64,000 nucleotides of DNA, taken from contig CP075496.1 of NCBI GenBank assembly GCA_021613535.1, forward strand, positions 1,116,001 through 1,180,000. Reading direction: 5' to 3'. A model generated the notes under the pieces. It was not told where the DNA came from, did no database searches, and saw only the letters and a program-made list of their open reading frames with translations. Position 1 is the first letter of the stretch. Each line of letters begins with the position of its first letter. The translations under genes were made by a program, and so were the position numbers. Origin of the DNA: Adineta vaga (lineage: Eukaryota; Animalia; Rotifera). Below, in pieces: positions 1 through 14,900 of the stretch.

Positions 1-2709
1 GTAACACAAATTTGTCGTACATTACTTGTATCATTATTGTACTCAGGTTGAGTATGCATTTTCGTAACAATAACATTACTTGGTACCAATTTAATCATCA
101 CTGATGGATTTGTATTTGGAAATGTTATACCTTTTGTATTCTCATAGAATTTACTAAAATCTGATCTCATACCCTTCGAAGTGATTGATTCAACATTGTA
201 ATATGTAAGAATATTTTTTTCTTCACACAGTGCTAAATAAATCGATAATAGTTAGAATTATATAGATAATTCAATAGAAAACTTACGTCGATTGGCAATT
301 TTAGTAACAGCTAAATAAACAAAAGATTTATTTTATAAGAATGAATTTCGTTCGATGATTGTTTATTTACCTGAAGGAGTTGTTGAATCATCTTCAATTT
401 GAGCTTTTGTTCGTAATTGTTCTTCGTTAAAACAACCATTAAGAACAAGTTTAACATTTCTTGGTGGTTGACCATCAATCGTTCCTTGACTGGTTGTAAT
501 AAGAATGTGTTCAATCGATTCAACATTAACAGAAACAATTTGTCCAACATAACTACCATAGAATGTCGATTCACCGTCATAAGTATCATATAATATATAA
601 GTGATTGGTCCAATTATATTTGGCGAATTAGTTAAACCAATACTTGTTACACCCTTAATATTTTTTGTTACAATTGACCATTGAAGTTTATTACCAGTTT
701 TCGCTGTTAAACCAGAAGATGTTAGTGCAAGTGCAGCATAATCAGTTGAACGTTGTCCATTAAGTTCCATTGAAAGGATTTTATTGGTTGGAATTGCCAT
801 TAAATCAGTTGGATTTGGACATGATTTTACTAGAAAATATAATTGGTCATCTTAAAGAAATCTTTCATTCAAACATACATGAAGTAGGTACAGTTGTACT
901 TGGAGCAACAGTTGGTACAATATATGTGACTAAATTTGCTAAAGAAGAAAGAAAAAATTGAGAAATGAAAAAGAGAATAGTTTGATTTATCTAACCTTTT
1001 GTATGACATCCAGTAACTTTAAGCCGAAGTCTTTGAACATTATCGTTATTATCAGTTTTTAAAACTTTGACTAAAATTCCTCGAACATCTTGAAAATCTC
1101 CCCAAATAATCGGTTCATTCTCAGGTGAAATCCATGTTAATGGTTGACCGGTCACTTCATTCTGGATAATTTTATCATTCGAATCATAAAATTGTGCTTG
1201 AATTTGTCGAACATTTCCTGGATAGTTTTTATAATCACGCTGAACTTCAACTTTGGAAACATATGCATGTCCATATTCTTTAAATTTGATTAAAACTTCG
1301 GGATCGTTCAATTTACAATTTTCACCATTTCGATCTTCATATGCTTGTGTCATATCCGATTTGCATTTACGAGAGTGAAATTCAAATTTGTCAACGTTGT
1401 CTCTTGTTAAAATATTACTTTCATGGCATAATGCTAAAAGATACACATACAAAATTAATTCGTTTATTCTTTTCATAACTTACGTCTTCTACCACCTTGT
1501 CCCTCACAGATTCGAACGAAGACTTGTAATGTTACATTCGATGCTACAGTTGATGAAGAATCTGTTTGTAAGATTTCCACACGAATACCATAGAATGGAA
1601 TATTTGGACAGATTTTATCTAAAGCATTATTTTCTCGTCCGAAGTCACTAATATGATTGATTTGCCAATTTTGTAATGCGGGATTTTCAATTGTATGATT
1701 GTTTTCATCAAGATATGATAAACGTATTTGCTTGACATTACTTCGTGGTGTTACAACTTGTACAAGTCCAATATTAATTGGTCGTTTAAAATAAACACGA
1801 AAATATCGTGATCTTGTTGATGGATTGAATTGAAAACCGGTTTTATTATTTCGAATAATCATTTCACGTAATGTGCCAAGTTGTTCACTTGCTTCACTAA
1901 TTTCAATGCGTTGTACATATGTGGAATCTTGCATAACATCATAAATTGGTGAACAATTACATGCTGAAATATTTTAAATGATTTTTTGTTGAAAAAAACA
2001 AAAGAAAAACGATTCTTCTCAACAACTTACGTAATGTTTTTTCACATGTTGATAAATTAATTTGAAACGTTTGTTTCGATGTTGTAACGGGTAAATTACT
2101 TAATTCTAATTTAACTGCATTAACACGTGATAAACATTGAGATATAACACCTTGATTTGATTGCATTGGTTCAAGTGTAATTGAACCATCATTAGTTGGT
2201 TTTTGTAAAGACACATATGCGGAAAATTCATTTGTTAAACCATCAATTCGAATTGATGAGAGATCAATCGGACCTTTGGTCATTGTCAATGTTAATGTCG
2301 GAATTAATGAATTACTTCGAATTAATACTAACGAATGGGGTGATGTAAATAAATTCGAAAGAATCAATTGATCATCAGCAATATTTGTTGTTAATTGAAA
2401 ATATTCCGAACGAGCAAGAAGATTCAATGATTGATTGCATTGACATACTAAAAAAAACATGAGAAGATGATTTCAATTAGAAAAGTTTTTTTTTTGTTTC
2501 CATCTGAATTACTTGGTGTTGATGATGATTGAGCACTGAAAATAATGATAAAATTAATTGTTTTTTTTTTAAAGAAACGTATTCAATTAAACTTACGTAG
2601 TTTGTGGAATTGAAATAAATAAAATGGAAAGAAGAATGAACATAATACACGGAGAAGAAATCGTCGATAATGCACGTTTTGAAAGCGTACACTCAACAAC
2701 GGAGATCAT
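1..2709 (-). CDS. Large secreted protein with tandem ~150-aa beta-sandwich (discoidin/F5-8-type-C-like) repeats; multi-exon, 3' part runs off the window start
   Basis: ORFs 1957-2460, 1473-1934, 991-1476 and 363-800 are linked by short GT-AG introns. First exon (ATG 2709 or 2643) encodes hydrophobic MFILLSILFISIPQT. Repeats end in V-x-x-C-like motifs (INLSTC, VRIC, VTGC, LNGC) and are joined by Thr/Pro/Cys linkers. The fold is inferred. Confidence 0.6.
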
Positions 2710-3700
2710 ATTGAGACAAATTATTTCGATTACTCTGTCCCACTTGATCAAATAAATTCAAATAATAATCGAAATGATTTCTGAAGCTTTTTTTATATAA
2801 TCACTGATCGTTTGGCTCGATTGTTCTTCTATCTTCTAAATGTTTTTCCATAGAAAGGCACCGGTCGTCTTAATGGCCTATTAGCAACAATCTTTTATTC
2901 TCCAATATTCGTTTTTTCTCATTAAATTTATAACTTCTGGTGCCCATTTTTTCTTTCCAAGAAAAAAACATCAAAGCATATTAGATGAATAGAGTAACTA
3001 CTAGAAAGAGAAAATAAAATAATTTAGATCTATACAGAATCATATTAAATTGTGCTTTTCTAATATGCTCTTTAATGATCATATTTTCTTTCACTGCCCA
3101 CACACAAAAATATGTGATCGTATTATATAATATAGTTTTGAAAATTTCTGACAATACGAGTTGAATTTATCGTCAATGAAAGTTGTCGGGACGTCTGAAT
3201 ATTCGACAAATGGTGAGATGAGATTGTTCATCTTGAGAAAAATTCAAGTAGAAGTCGTGCTGCTTTGATAATTATTCGATAACATTTGTCTTAATTTCTC
3301 TTTTTTATCTTTCCGATGAGATTTTATTGCATCGTTTAATGATACAAGAATTATTCATAATAACGTCAGCTGCTTGCCGATCTTTAATATGAAAGAAATG
3401 TTTTCGCCCTGTATAATTTCAAAAATGATTCTTTCATGCAAAGAAAAAAGCAATAACTATCTTCCCTTTTCTTTACTTTTAACTTCTATTCACTAGTGAC
3501 AGATGGAAATATAATTATTTGATCGTTACGAAAGACATTTTTGCTTTTCTCCGGTCATTCAGTGTAATTGATTACATGTTTTAATTACAAATAGATTTGT
3601 TTTGTTTGGAAAGAACAAAAAAGATGAGTGTTATTCAATGATGATAGTTTTATCCGAAGAAAAAATAATAATATATGTATAAGAAATAAAAGTGAAAATA

Positions 3701-5253
3701 TTACGAAGTTGAATAATAAAAATGAGGTTCAGCATAAGTTGTTTCTAGTTTATCAAATTCGGGAATGCCATGAACTAATGATCGAAAACCCTGAAAATAA
3801 AAAACACGAGAAAATGTTTTATTTTTGAAAAAAAAGTATTGAAACAAACTTGTTGTGATAACCATTGTTGTTTATTTGCTTGTCTTAATGCTAATTGTTC
3901 AAGTTTCTTTGGTTCTTCATAAGGTTCTTCTCCAACTAATGTACGTGCATAAGATTTTTTACGAAATAGACCTGCTCGAAATCTGAAAAATTCAATGAAT
4001 TCAAAAAGATTTCAACGAAAAGTTTGGATTTCATACGTATCATCATGAACTCGATCAGCCCATTCGTTAAGTTTGATTTCCTCACGCATTTTTTCTGTCG
4101 CAAAATAATCTGTTTCACATCGTAATGATGGTTTCAATGATCGATAACGTTGATATCGAACATCTTCCGATGCTCGAAAAGGACCCTACAATTATTCATG
4201 ATTTTGTTTGAAAAAAAATAACTAAAAGGTTTGATTCAATACTTGTGGTTTGGGTTTTAATGGTGGTAAAAGCTTTGTTAATGTTGCCATTTCTTCATCT
4301 TTCGTACTTTTTATTGGTTTCGATCGAGATGGAATTTCAAATTTTGTCGATCGTAAAATAATTTCCATTTCTTTTGGTGCTCTAAAAGAATGTTCTCTCA
4401 TATTCAATAAGAACAATCTATAAATTTTGATATTACTCTAAATATTTTGAATTATAAATTCCAGGTACAGCTTTTGTACTGACTAAATAATGTGTTCGTT
4501 TTGCTTCATCTTCTAATTTTGTTAAATTTCCTTGTCGTTGTTGTTCAACTTCTCTTTGTTCTAAATATTCTCGATATTCCATTAATTGAATTCTAGAAAA
4601 AAAACGACAAAAATTTCATTGTAAAACTTTCGTTTGATCCAAAGATGAATACCGAATTTGTTCATTTTTAGCTTCAAGTCCAGCAAGATACCGTTTTCGA
4701 CTATAATAATCCAATATATATTTACGCGTATAATAACCACGCCAAATTTTTTGAATCTAAAAACAAAAGACGAATTTACTTCGATATAAAAGATAACGTT
4801 GTTCGTACTTTGACAGCTTTGTCATCATAATATTTCAATCGAAGATGAAGAACTTGTGTCTAAAGAAATTTGTTTTTTTAATTTTCAAGAGAAAAATTAA
4901 ATTTGTTTTTTTACTTTAAGTTCTTCACGGTAGAGTTGTTTGGCTTTATAACCTCGCCACCATTTTTGAATGATCAATGCACATCGATGCAGAAATCTAT
5001 TGAGAGAAAATGAATTCTTGATGAAATTCAAATAAAAATAACAAACTTCAGATGAGCTCGAACACGAAAACCTCGCCATGATGATTGAATGGTTACAGCA
5101 GATTGTTTTTCATATTCTCGAGCAATTTCCGCTTCTCTATAATGATAAAATCGATTGAAATTGAATTATATTTATTTGAATTTACTTGGCTAAATGTTCA
5201 AGTTCTACAAGGATTTTTTCCGAATTACGACGTAGTTCCAAAAAACCTGCCAT
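3701..5253 (-). CDS. SPATA17: Spermatogenesis-associated protein 17-like (IQ-motif ciliary protein), multi-exon
   Basis: Manual splice gives MAGFLELRRNSEK..., IQ motifs IQSSWRGF, IQKWWRGY and IQKIWRGY, HHYLVST-K-AVPGIY and QGPFR segments, and C-term FRSLVHGIPEFDKL. Stop TAA at 3701-3703. Confidence 0.8.
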
Positions 5254-5275
5254 TCAAATGAATGGATATGAAACA

Positions 5276-5288
5276 GTTGCTAAGTTAT
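5276..5288. promoter_or_regulatory. Possible RFX X-box upstream of SPATA17, in the divergent SPATA17/AGL promoter
   Basis: GTTGCTAAGTTAT has one good GTTGC half-site and lies ~23 nt upstream of the ATG of a ciliary gene. The second half-site is degenerate. Confidence 0.35.
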
Positions 5289-5588
5289 TTGATGTGATAC
5301 TGTTTAATAATACAATTACTTAATTTATCAATATCAAAAAGATTTTTTTCGAAACAATGATTTGAAGGAAGAAAAGAAACCTTTTAACAGTTCGTTGTCA
5401 AGTTATTAACGTGAAAAATGAACTTCATAATCGAGTTTCCATTATAGATGTCGCATTGATTCATTATTCTTCCTATTGGTTTTTATTTGGAATACGTATA
5501 CTGATAATGCGATATTATTTATTTTCGAGTTTGTTTTCAACTGATTAAACCTATTAAAGAGAAAGATAATATCTATTTTTGTATAATC

Positions 5589-8500
5589 ATGTCTCGCAGA
5601 CGAACATCGTCTGTTTCTGCATATTTTCATTCATTTATACTTGAAACGAATGTTTCATTAACATCACCTGGAATTTATTATATACCAAGTGATTCACATC
5701 TTCATTTTACATTATCATCATCATTAATTCCCTATAATGTTCAGCTTTTCTGTGATTATCATTCGACAAATTTTCAGCGAGGAGTTTATCATCAATTAAC
5801 ATGGTCATCCAAAGATGATGATCGATTTGCTCAATTATTCTGTACACGAGCTGGTCCAATTCATTTTTATTATACAGCAAAGGATAAAAAAGGTGAAGGT
5901 TATATTATTGTTGAACCACGTCTTTCAAATTTAACAAGTGGAGATCCAGAAGAAATAACTTGTTTAACTGTTCTATCGAAATCATTAGGTAAAATTGATG
6001 ATTGGGAATCTCGTTTATCAATTGCATATCATAGTAATTATAATATGATTCATTTTACACCAATTCAACAATTATACAAAGTCTCAAATTCTTCGTATTC
6101 AGTTACACATCATCATCAATTAAATCCATTATTTGGCAAAGATAAAACTCATGATGATATTAAAAAAGTTGTTGATAAAATGGCCAATGAATGGAATATT
6201 GTCTCCATAACAGATCTTGTTTATAATCATGCAGCAAATGATTGTTCTATTTTAGAAAATCATCCTGAAGCTTCATACAATCTCGTTAATTCTCCTCATT
6301 TAAAACCGGCGTTTTTACTCGATGCAATTCTAATGCAATTTACTTGTGATGTTAATCAAGGAAGACTCGATAGAATTCCTGCGGAAATTTCTAAAGAACA
6401 TTTACCAATCATTAAAGAATATCTTCTTAATGATATCATTCCACGTTATGCACTTCATGAATTCTATATGATTGATATAAAGAAAACTGTTGAAGAATTC
6501 GCTCAATTAATTCAAAATGAACTTCCAACAAGTTCTTCACATAATTATGAAGATGAGTACACATTTCGAATTAATTACGGTTCTTATATTCCTTATGGTG
6601 GAAGAATCGATTTCGAAAAAGCTCGAGATATTTTTTATTGCGCTGGTCGAACACCAATTCAGGCATGTGAACTTCTAACCGATCGATTAATGTATTTAAA
6701 TCATTTGAAATATTCACAAGTACAATCGGATCTTAATCGTGCAGTTGAAAATTGTCTCGATGGATGTGAATATCATTTTTTCGGTTCATATGGTCCACAT
6801 TTTAAAAGTATTTCACCTAAAACACCATTTGTTGGTAATTATTTTGCTTATCCACATGAGAAAACATTTCAAACAAGTCCAGAAGAAGTTCTACAAGCAT
6901 ATAAAGAGAATAATAAAACATTTCTCGAACGTGTTATGGCACATAATGGTTGGGTTATGAATGATAATCCATTAAGAAACTTTGCTGAAGATACTCAAGG
7001 ACCAAATGTGTATTTTCGACGAGAATTAAATCAATGGTCGGATATTGTTAAATTAAATTTCGGAAGTTGTGAAGCGGATTCACCACATCTTTGGGCGTAT
7101 ATGAAAGAATATACAAGATTAATTGCAACGACATTTCATGGTGCAAGATTAGATAATTGTCACTCAACACCATTACATGTCGCTCAAGTAAATAAAGAAC
7201 AGATTGTTTTTTAAATCTCTTCATTCTATTTAAGTATTTAATGGATTATGCTCGAGAATTAAATCCACAATTTTATATTCTGGGAGAATTATTTACAAAT
7301 AGTGAAACACTTGATAATACATTTATCAATAAACTTGGTATCAATGCACTCGTACGCGGTAAGAAAATTTCCATTCATTTCTTACAAGGTCTAAATATAG
7401 ACTCAGAAAATATGTCAATACTAGGATATTCTACAGTCTAACTATAAATAGAAATCGTTTTCTTTATCAAGGAAAACAAAATGTCTTGTCACATCGATAG
7501 AATAGTGTCAACACTTGTAAATGAGTTTCCTATCTTATATTAGTTTACTTAGAATATAGTAGCTCTATATTCATCATCAGATGATATCATTATGTTTTTT
7601 AATTAGAATCATTACATGCTCGATTACCATCTGATTTGGGTCATATGATATGTAGTCATGGCCGTTTATCCGTTGGTTCATTATTTCGTTTACAAACCGT
7701 ATTGAAACCACGTCGTGCTCAAGCATTTCTCTATGATCAAACTCATGACAATCCATGTCCAATTGAACGTCGTTCCTTAGCTGATGTTTTACCTCGTTCT
7801 GCATATGTTGCAATGTCATGTACACCTACAGGATCCAATCGTGGTTATGATGAACTTGTTCCACATCATATAGATGTTGTTCATGAACGACGACTTTATG
7901 ATAAATGGACAGATGATAAAAAACGAAGTCTTATTCAAGCCAAATCGATATTCAATCGTCTCCATGTTCGTTTATCATCCGACGGATATACACGAATAAT
8001 TGCCGATCAATTATCTTCCAATACGTTAATGATAACACGTCAACATCCGCTAACAAATTCGATAATAATTTTAATTGGTTATACCGATACAATTGAAGGA
8101 GAAAACGAAAAGATTGAACCATTGATGATACAAGGTACAATTGAAGAGATTTTATTCGAAATGAATTTATCTTGGTTAAATAATGATAATAAATTAGATT
8201 CATTTGTTCGTAATGTTGATTTTATTAATGGTTTACGTGAAAAAGATTTGAATATTTATATTAATGAACATTTAAAAAGAGATGAATCAAAATTCGTTGA
8301 AATTATTCAAGAAAATGAAAATAAATTAACAAAAGTTACATTTAATAAGGAAACATTTCTACCCGGATCGGTTCTTGCCTTTCAAATTAATCTCTTATCC
8401 AATGCAAAACAAGCATCAACTGAATTACGAAAAGAAATTTTTGAAAATGAATTATTATCATTTCGTTCACTTCTTTCTCAATGTTCACTTATTGATTTAA

Positions 8501-10360
8501 ATTTTCTTCTCTATCGTTGTAAAAACGAAGAAAACAATGAAATTTATCTCATACCTGAATATGGTTCACCTGTCTATGCTGGTTTACAAGGTGTTGAATC
8601 TTTATTAATTCAAATGAGATCATTATCAAATGAACAAATGCTCAAACATCCTTTATGTCTTCATTTAAAACAAGGAAATTGGTTTATGTCATATATATTT
8701 CAACGTTTACTAGAAAAGAAACAAACACGATTGATTGGTCAATGGTTTGAAAAATATTTTCAATTTATTGAACAATTACCGAAATATTTAATATCTGTTT
8801 ATTTTGATTTATTAATTCATCGAACATATAATATTTGTATTGAACGAGGAATTGAATTAATGTCAACACCATTTATTCAACAAGGTTCATCATTTGTTAA
8901 AAGTTTAGCAATGACAAGTGTACAAATGATGGGTATCGTTTCAAATGCACATTTACCGACTTATGAAGAAAGTAATAACGATAAACAATATCCATCAATG
9001 GCAGCTGGTTTACCTAATTTTTCGTAATTTTATATATTAATAGTTTGATTTTAATTGAATTTAATTTGTTTAGTGAAGGTATATGGCGTAATTGGGGTCG
9101 TGATACATTTATTTCACTTCGTGGTCTTCTTCTCTTAACGGGTCGATTTGATGAAGCTCGTCATTTATTATTGACATATGGTTCATGTCTTCGTCATGGT
9201 TTAATTCCTAATCTTCTTGCCGGTCCACGTTATAATGCACGAGATGCGATATGGTTTTGGTTATATTCTTTATCTCAATATACACAATTAGCACCAAATG
9301 GTACTTCAATTTTATCGGAAAATATACAAGGCAAACCTTTACATTCGATCATAAAAACAGCTATTAATACTCATTTGAATGGTTTAACGTTTCGTGAATA
9401 TAATGCTGGTTATCAATTAGATCGTGTGATGTCAGACGAAGGTTTTAATAATCGAATAGGTGTAGATTCGAAAACAGGATTTGTTTATGGTGGAAATCGT
9501 TGGAATTCTGGTACATGGATGGATAAAATGGGTTCATCCGAAGAAGCAGGAAATAAAGGTCATCCAGGTTCACCACGAGATGGAAGTGCGGTAGAATTAA
9601 TTGGATTGTCTCGTGCAACAATTCATTGGTTAATTCAAATGATCAAAGAAGGTTTCTATCCATATGAAGATCAAAAAACTATTCTTGCAACTTGGTTAAA
9701 AAAAATTGATGAGAATTTCGAAAAAGAATTTTGGATTGATGAAACAAGTAATCAAAGTCATTTCATCAATCGACGAAATATTTATAAAGATACAGTTAAT
9801 TCATCCCTTCAATATACAGATTATCAATTGAGACCGAATTTTCTTATTGCAGCAGTCGTGGTAAGAAATCATTAAAAATCATGAAAATAAACGTAGTTCA
9901 TTTGTGTGTGTTTTTCTAGGCACCTGAAATGTTTAATAAAGATCATATTTGGTTAGCTTTATCTCAAGTCGAATCAATATTACTCGGACCATTAGGTATT
10001 AAAACACTTGATCCATCCGATGAACAATATGTTGCCGATTATGATAATAAAAATGAATCATCTGATTTTAAACGTGCTCATGGTTATAATTATCATAATG
10101 GACCTGAATGGGTTTGGCTAACAGGTTATTATTTACGAGCGAAATTATTGTTTTCACCAAAAGAAAAACGTCATGAAACACGCGAACATGTTCAAGAAGT
10201 TCTCACTAGACATCGTCAAACTTTATTTGCCAGTGATTGGAAATCTTTGCCGGAATTAACATCAGATAATGGTTCATTCTGTCGAGATTCATGTCCCGCA
10301 CAAGCTTGGTCATGTGCAACAATTTTAGAAGCTGTTTATGATGTGCAACAATACAATTAA
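5589..10360 (+). CDS. AGL: Glycogen debranching enzyme (4-alpha-glucanotransferase/amylo-1,6-glucosidase), 5 exons
   Basis: Motifs MIHFTP, DLVYNH, RLDNCHSTPLHVA, ELFT, YDQTHDN, AAGLP, WGRDTFISLRGL, WMDKMG, YHNGPEW and QAWS occur across ORFs 5589-7214, 7241-7441, 7636-9027, 9045-9875 and 9929-10360. Confidence 0.96.
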
Positions 10361-10509
10361 CTTTTCTTTCAATTTCTTTTCCGTTTTTTTTTCTTTCTTT
10401 TTTTTATTAATCGAGCACCGGCTTTCTTTTTTATTGGGTTAATAAGCAAGCATTTTCAATTAGAATATATTTTTCGTTATTTTTTTAAAGATTTAACAGA
10501 AGAAAAAAT

Positions 10510-11468
10510 ATGGTCGCTTCACTTCTTGCACGAAAAGGAATGGGTCGCATTCTTGATGGAATTATTAAATATCGTCAAACATTACGACCATCACTTTTAG
10601 AAGAATTTCAAAAAGTTGCAACAGGACCAAGCGTAAGAAATCATTTTCTTTTGTTCTCATTTAGAAGGGGAAAAGAACAATTTTCATTTAGCCTGAAGGT
10701 CTTTTATTAACTTGCGTAGACAGTCGAGTCGTTGCTTCACGTATAACTCAAGCTGTACCCGGTCAATTATTTATAGTTCGAAATCCTGGTACTGTACGTT
10801 TTTTTCTTGATTATTCTCAAAATAAATTTCTGGATTTTTTCATTCCTTTTTCAAGGTAATTTAGTTCCTCATCATAATTGTTTTCGAAATAATGTTACTG
10901 TTGGTGGAGAATGTGGAGCTCTTGAATTAGCTTGTTCAATAAATAAAGTTCAAGTTATTGTTGTCATTGGTCATTCGGATTGTAAAGCAATGAATTTACT
11001 TTATTCAATTCGTGATGATTTGAAATCACCATCTAAAGGTCCATTAGAAGATTGGTTAAGATTTCATGGACGAGGAACACTTGAACAATTTAAAAAACTT
11101 GAATCAGCAACTGGTTTCGATCGTAAACTTATCTTCCATGGTGCCCAACATTCAGAAGATGATTTTGAAGCTTACATCGATCCACGAAATGAATTTAGAC
11201 CATCCGATAAATTTTCTCAAGTAAAATCTTTAGAAAAAGACGTCTCTTTTTCTTATTCAATTTCTTTTAGATCAATACATTGGAACAATTGAAGAATTTT
11301 CTCACGTATCCATTTCTAAAAGAACGATTAAATCGAAATGAATTGGAAGTTCATGCACTTTGGACAGATATATCCAAAGGAGAAGTGTATATGTTCTCTT
11401 TTCAAGAAAAAACTTTCGTGAAAATTGATGAATCTACTTATAAGACACTTTCTCTTCAATGTATTTAA
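10510..11468 (+). CDS. Beta-class carbonic anhydrase (invertebrate type), 4 exons
   Basis: Spliced product contains TCVDSRV (CxDxR), FIVRNPGNLVP, GALELA and GHSDCKAM (HxxC zinc ligands). Confidence 0.92.
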
Positions 11469-11996
11469 TTACTTTACATCTATTATGTTAGTTGCAATAT
11501 TTTCTATATCAGTGTTGTTGTTTGTTTTTCAACGATGAAAAAACAAATTTGACAAGAGAGTTTGTGTTTTCTTGAACAAAAAAATCGAATAAAATAGATT
11601 AGAAGTTGATCGAGGGAAAATGAAATTATATAAGATTTAATATGATTGGTTCGAGAGATCAAGTTACGTCTTATCGAAACATATATTTCACGCTTTGTGA
11701 AAAGAAAAGAAATGTCGATTTTCTTATCATAAATTAATGTGCCAAACTTTTAGTCGTCCAGTTTTATTTTATTTAACGAATTGCACTAAAAAACAAGTAA
11801 ATATTTTCTTAATTTATCGTTAAATCATTCTGTAAATTTTATAAACTCATATTTAATTTTGTAGAAAACTGTTTCTTAAGTAAATATAAAATCATTGATT
11901 AAAAGCTGAAATCATTCTTACCAAAGGTCACTAAGTTCATATCCTATTGATGTCTTTCTTCTTCTTCTTCTTTAGTTTCTACGTTCATTTCGTACA

Positions 11997-14900
11997 ATGC
12001 GATTTTCATCATTGTTACAAATGAATTGTCTAATTATCGTTCTTCTAACGATAACTTTAACGATTGCTACTCATTCGAAATTAAAAACAAAACCTCAACT
12101 ATTTACATCAAATCAACGTATTGATTGTTATCCAGAAGCTGAATCACCTTTTTCAAATTATTCCAAAGAATCTTGTTTAGCACGAAATTGTGTCTATGAT
12201 GATCAAGCGAATACATCAACAATTCAATGTTATCTATCATCAAATTATGGATATATTTTACAATCATCGATCAATCAAACAAATAATATTCAATTGAAAT
12301 TAAAACGAAATCAAGCAATTGGTAGTATGTTTCCCGATCCAATTGAAAATATCATTTTAGAAGTTCAATACTATACAAATGAGATTATTAGATTCAAATT
12401 ATATGATGCCGATCAACAAAGATATGAAGTAAATCGAAATATTTCATCAAATCATAGGCACGTGCATAGTCACGTGACCGAAAACTTTCTTCTATTGTAG
12501 TTTTATATATTGAATGATGCATTTTAGGTACCAATTCCATTAACACCATCTTCTAATCGAATTGATTCACCTAAATATGAATTTGATTATACATCTGATG
12601 CGGCACATGATAATATTTTTTCATTTAAAATCAAACGTCGAAAAGACAAATCAATTTTATTTGATACATCACTTGGTGGTTTGGTCTTAAATAATCAATT
12701 TCTTCAGATCATAACTCGTCTGCAATCAACCCATGTTTATGGTTTTGGTGAAAATAATCATGATACACTTAAACATAATGTTTCAGGTAAATTATCTTGG
12801 GGAATTTTTGCTCGTGATCAAGGAACGAATTGGGATACGAATTCGAATCATTATGGTCATCATCCATTTTATCTTGTTATGGAAGAAACATCGTCTCAAA
12901 AACCATCGGGATCAATGCATGGTGTACTTTTATTAAATTCTAATGCAATGGATTATTCATTGAATTCCATTCCATCATTAACAATCCGTACAATTGGTGG
13001 AATTTTCGACTTTTTTCTTTTTCTTGGTCCAAAACCTGAACAAGTTATTCAACAATATACATGGCTTGTTGGACGAACATTTCTTCCACCTTATTGGTCA
13101 CTTGGTTTTCAGTTATCACGTTGGGATTATTCTAATTTAACACATATGCAAATGGTTAATCAACGAAATCGTGATGCTGGTATTCCACTTGATGTTCAAT
13201 ATGCTGATATTGATTATATGGATTCAGCAAAAGTTTTTACAATTGATTCGAAAAATTATCAAGGTTTAAAAGAATATTTTGAAAGTTTGAATCGAGATGG
13301 AATTCGAACGATCATTATTTTGGATCCGGGAATGTTTGATGATGAAAAATCTTATTCGCCGACAATTGAAGGAATTAAAGAAGATGTTTTTATTAAATGG
13401 GAAAATGGAAGTTTAATGAAAGGAGCTGTTTGGCCTGGTCCTGTTTACTTTCCAGGTAAGTTTTCCTGGATTAGTTTTTTAAAAATTCCATTGGAAATTC
13501 GTAGATTATTTTACAAAACGAGCACAAACTTGGTGGCAAAGATGGATAACAAATTTTCGATCAACAAATTTAACATTTGATGGACTTTGGATTGATATGA
13601 ATGAACCTGGTAACGATTCCATTTCATTGTTTTGATTCAATCAACATTTTTCATTTAGCTTTATTTGAAACGAATGATCCAATTCCATGGAATTGGGTTG
13701 AAACAGGTAGTAATTATACATTGAAATGTCCATCTAATCAATGGGAAGATCCACCTTATCGTACAAAATCAGCTTATCGTTGGGATAGAAAAATCAATCG
13801 AACAAGTCGTCTTTCTGATCGAACTGCATGTATGTCTGTTCTACAAGGTGAAGTTAATCCGACAACGGGTAAACCATCCTATCGTCATTACGATGTTCAT
13901 AGGTAAATTGATCAATAAAATGAATTTGTTCAATAAGAAATTGAATTTATTTAGTCTTTATGGATGGAGTCAAACAAAACCAACATTGGATGTTCTTCGA
14001 AAGATTACTGGTAAACGAAGTCTTGTTTTACCTCGATCAACATTTATTGGTTCTGGTCAATGGGCTGGTCATTGGCTTGGTGATAATGAAGCAACATGGC
14101 ATGAAATGAAACGATCAATTATTGGAATGATTGAATTTAATTGGTTTGGTATTCCATATAATGGGGCGGATATTTGTGGATTTGATAAAACACCAACAGA
14201 AGAAATGTGTATTCGGTAAATAGAATTCGTTTTTTGTTTAAGAATCCAATTTGGAATAATATTTCGTAGATGGATGCAAGTGGGAGCTTTTTATCCATTT
14301 TCACGAAATGTAAGACATAATCTATAAAATTTATTATTTTTGAAGATAATCAATTCATTTTAGCATAATATTTGGAAAACTGAAGATCAAGATCCTGGTG
14401 CGTGGTCATCATCTGCTACTTCAATCATGGTTCAAGCACTTCGTATTCGTTACAATCTTCTACCCTATTATTATACTTTGTTCTATAAATCTCATATCAA
14501 TGGTTCGACTGTTATTCGACCATTATTTCATGAATATCCAACTGATCGTAAAACTTTTGATATCTTTCTTCAATTTCTAATTGGATCAAACATAATGATA
14601 ATTCCTGTAACTGATCCCAATGTTCAACACGTTCAAGCATATATTCCATCATCTGAATGGTTTGATTATTATACTGGTCATCAATATCTTTATTCTAAAC
14701 AATGGATTCCTATAACAGCACCATTAGATCGAATTCCAATCTTGTTACGAAGTGGATCAATTATACCAACACAACAATATGCCAATAATACAAAATATTC
14801 TCGGTAAATAGACTTGAAAATCTTCTATAAAATTGTATTGATTGAACGTAGAATGAATCCATTTGGTTTGACAATTGTTCTTAATTCAAATGGAAATGCA

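Noticed and set aside
3100-3420. Coding-like minus-strand stretch between the first gene and SPATA17
   Set aside because: Multiple stops and no recognisable family.
3701-5253. SPATA17 as evidence for sperm or sex in a putatively asexual animal
   Set aside because: The gene is associated with motile cilia generally, so its presence is uninformative.
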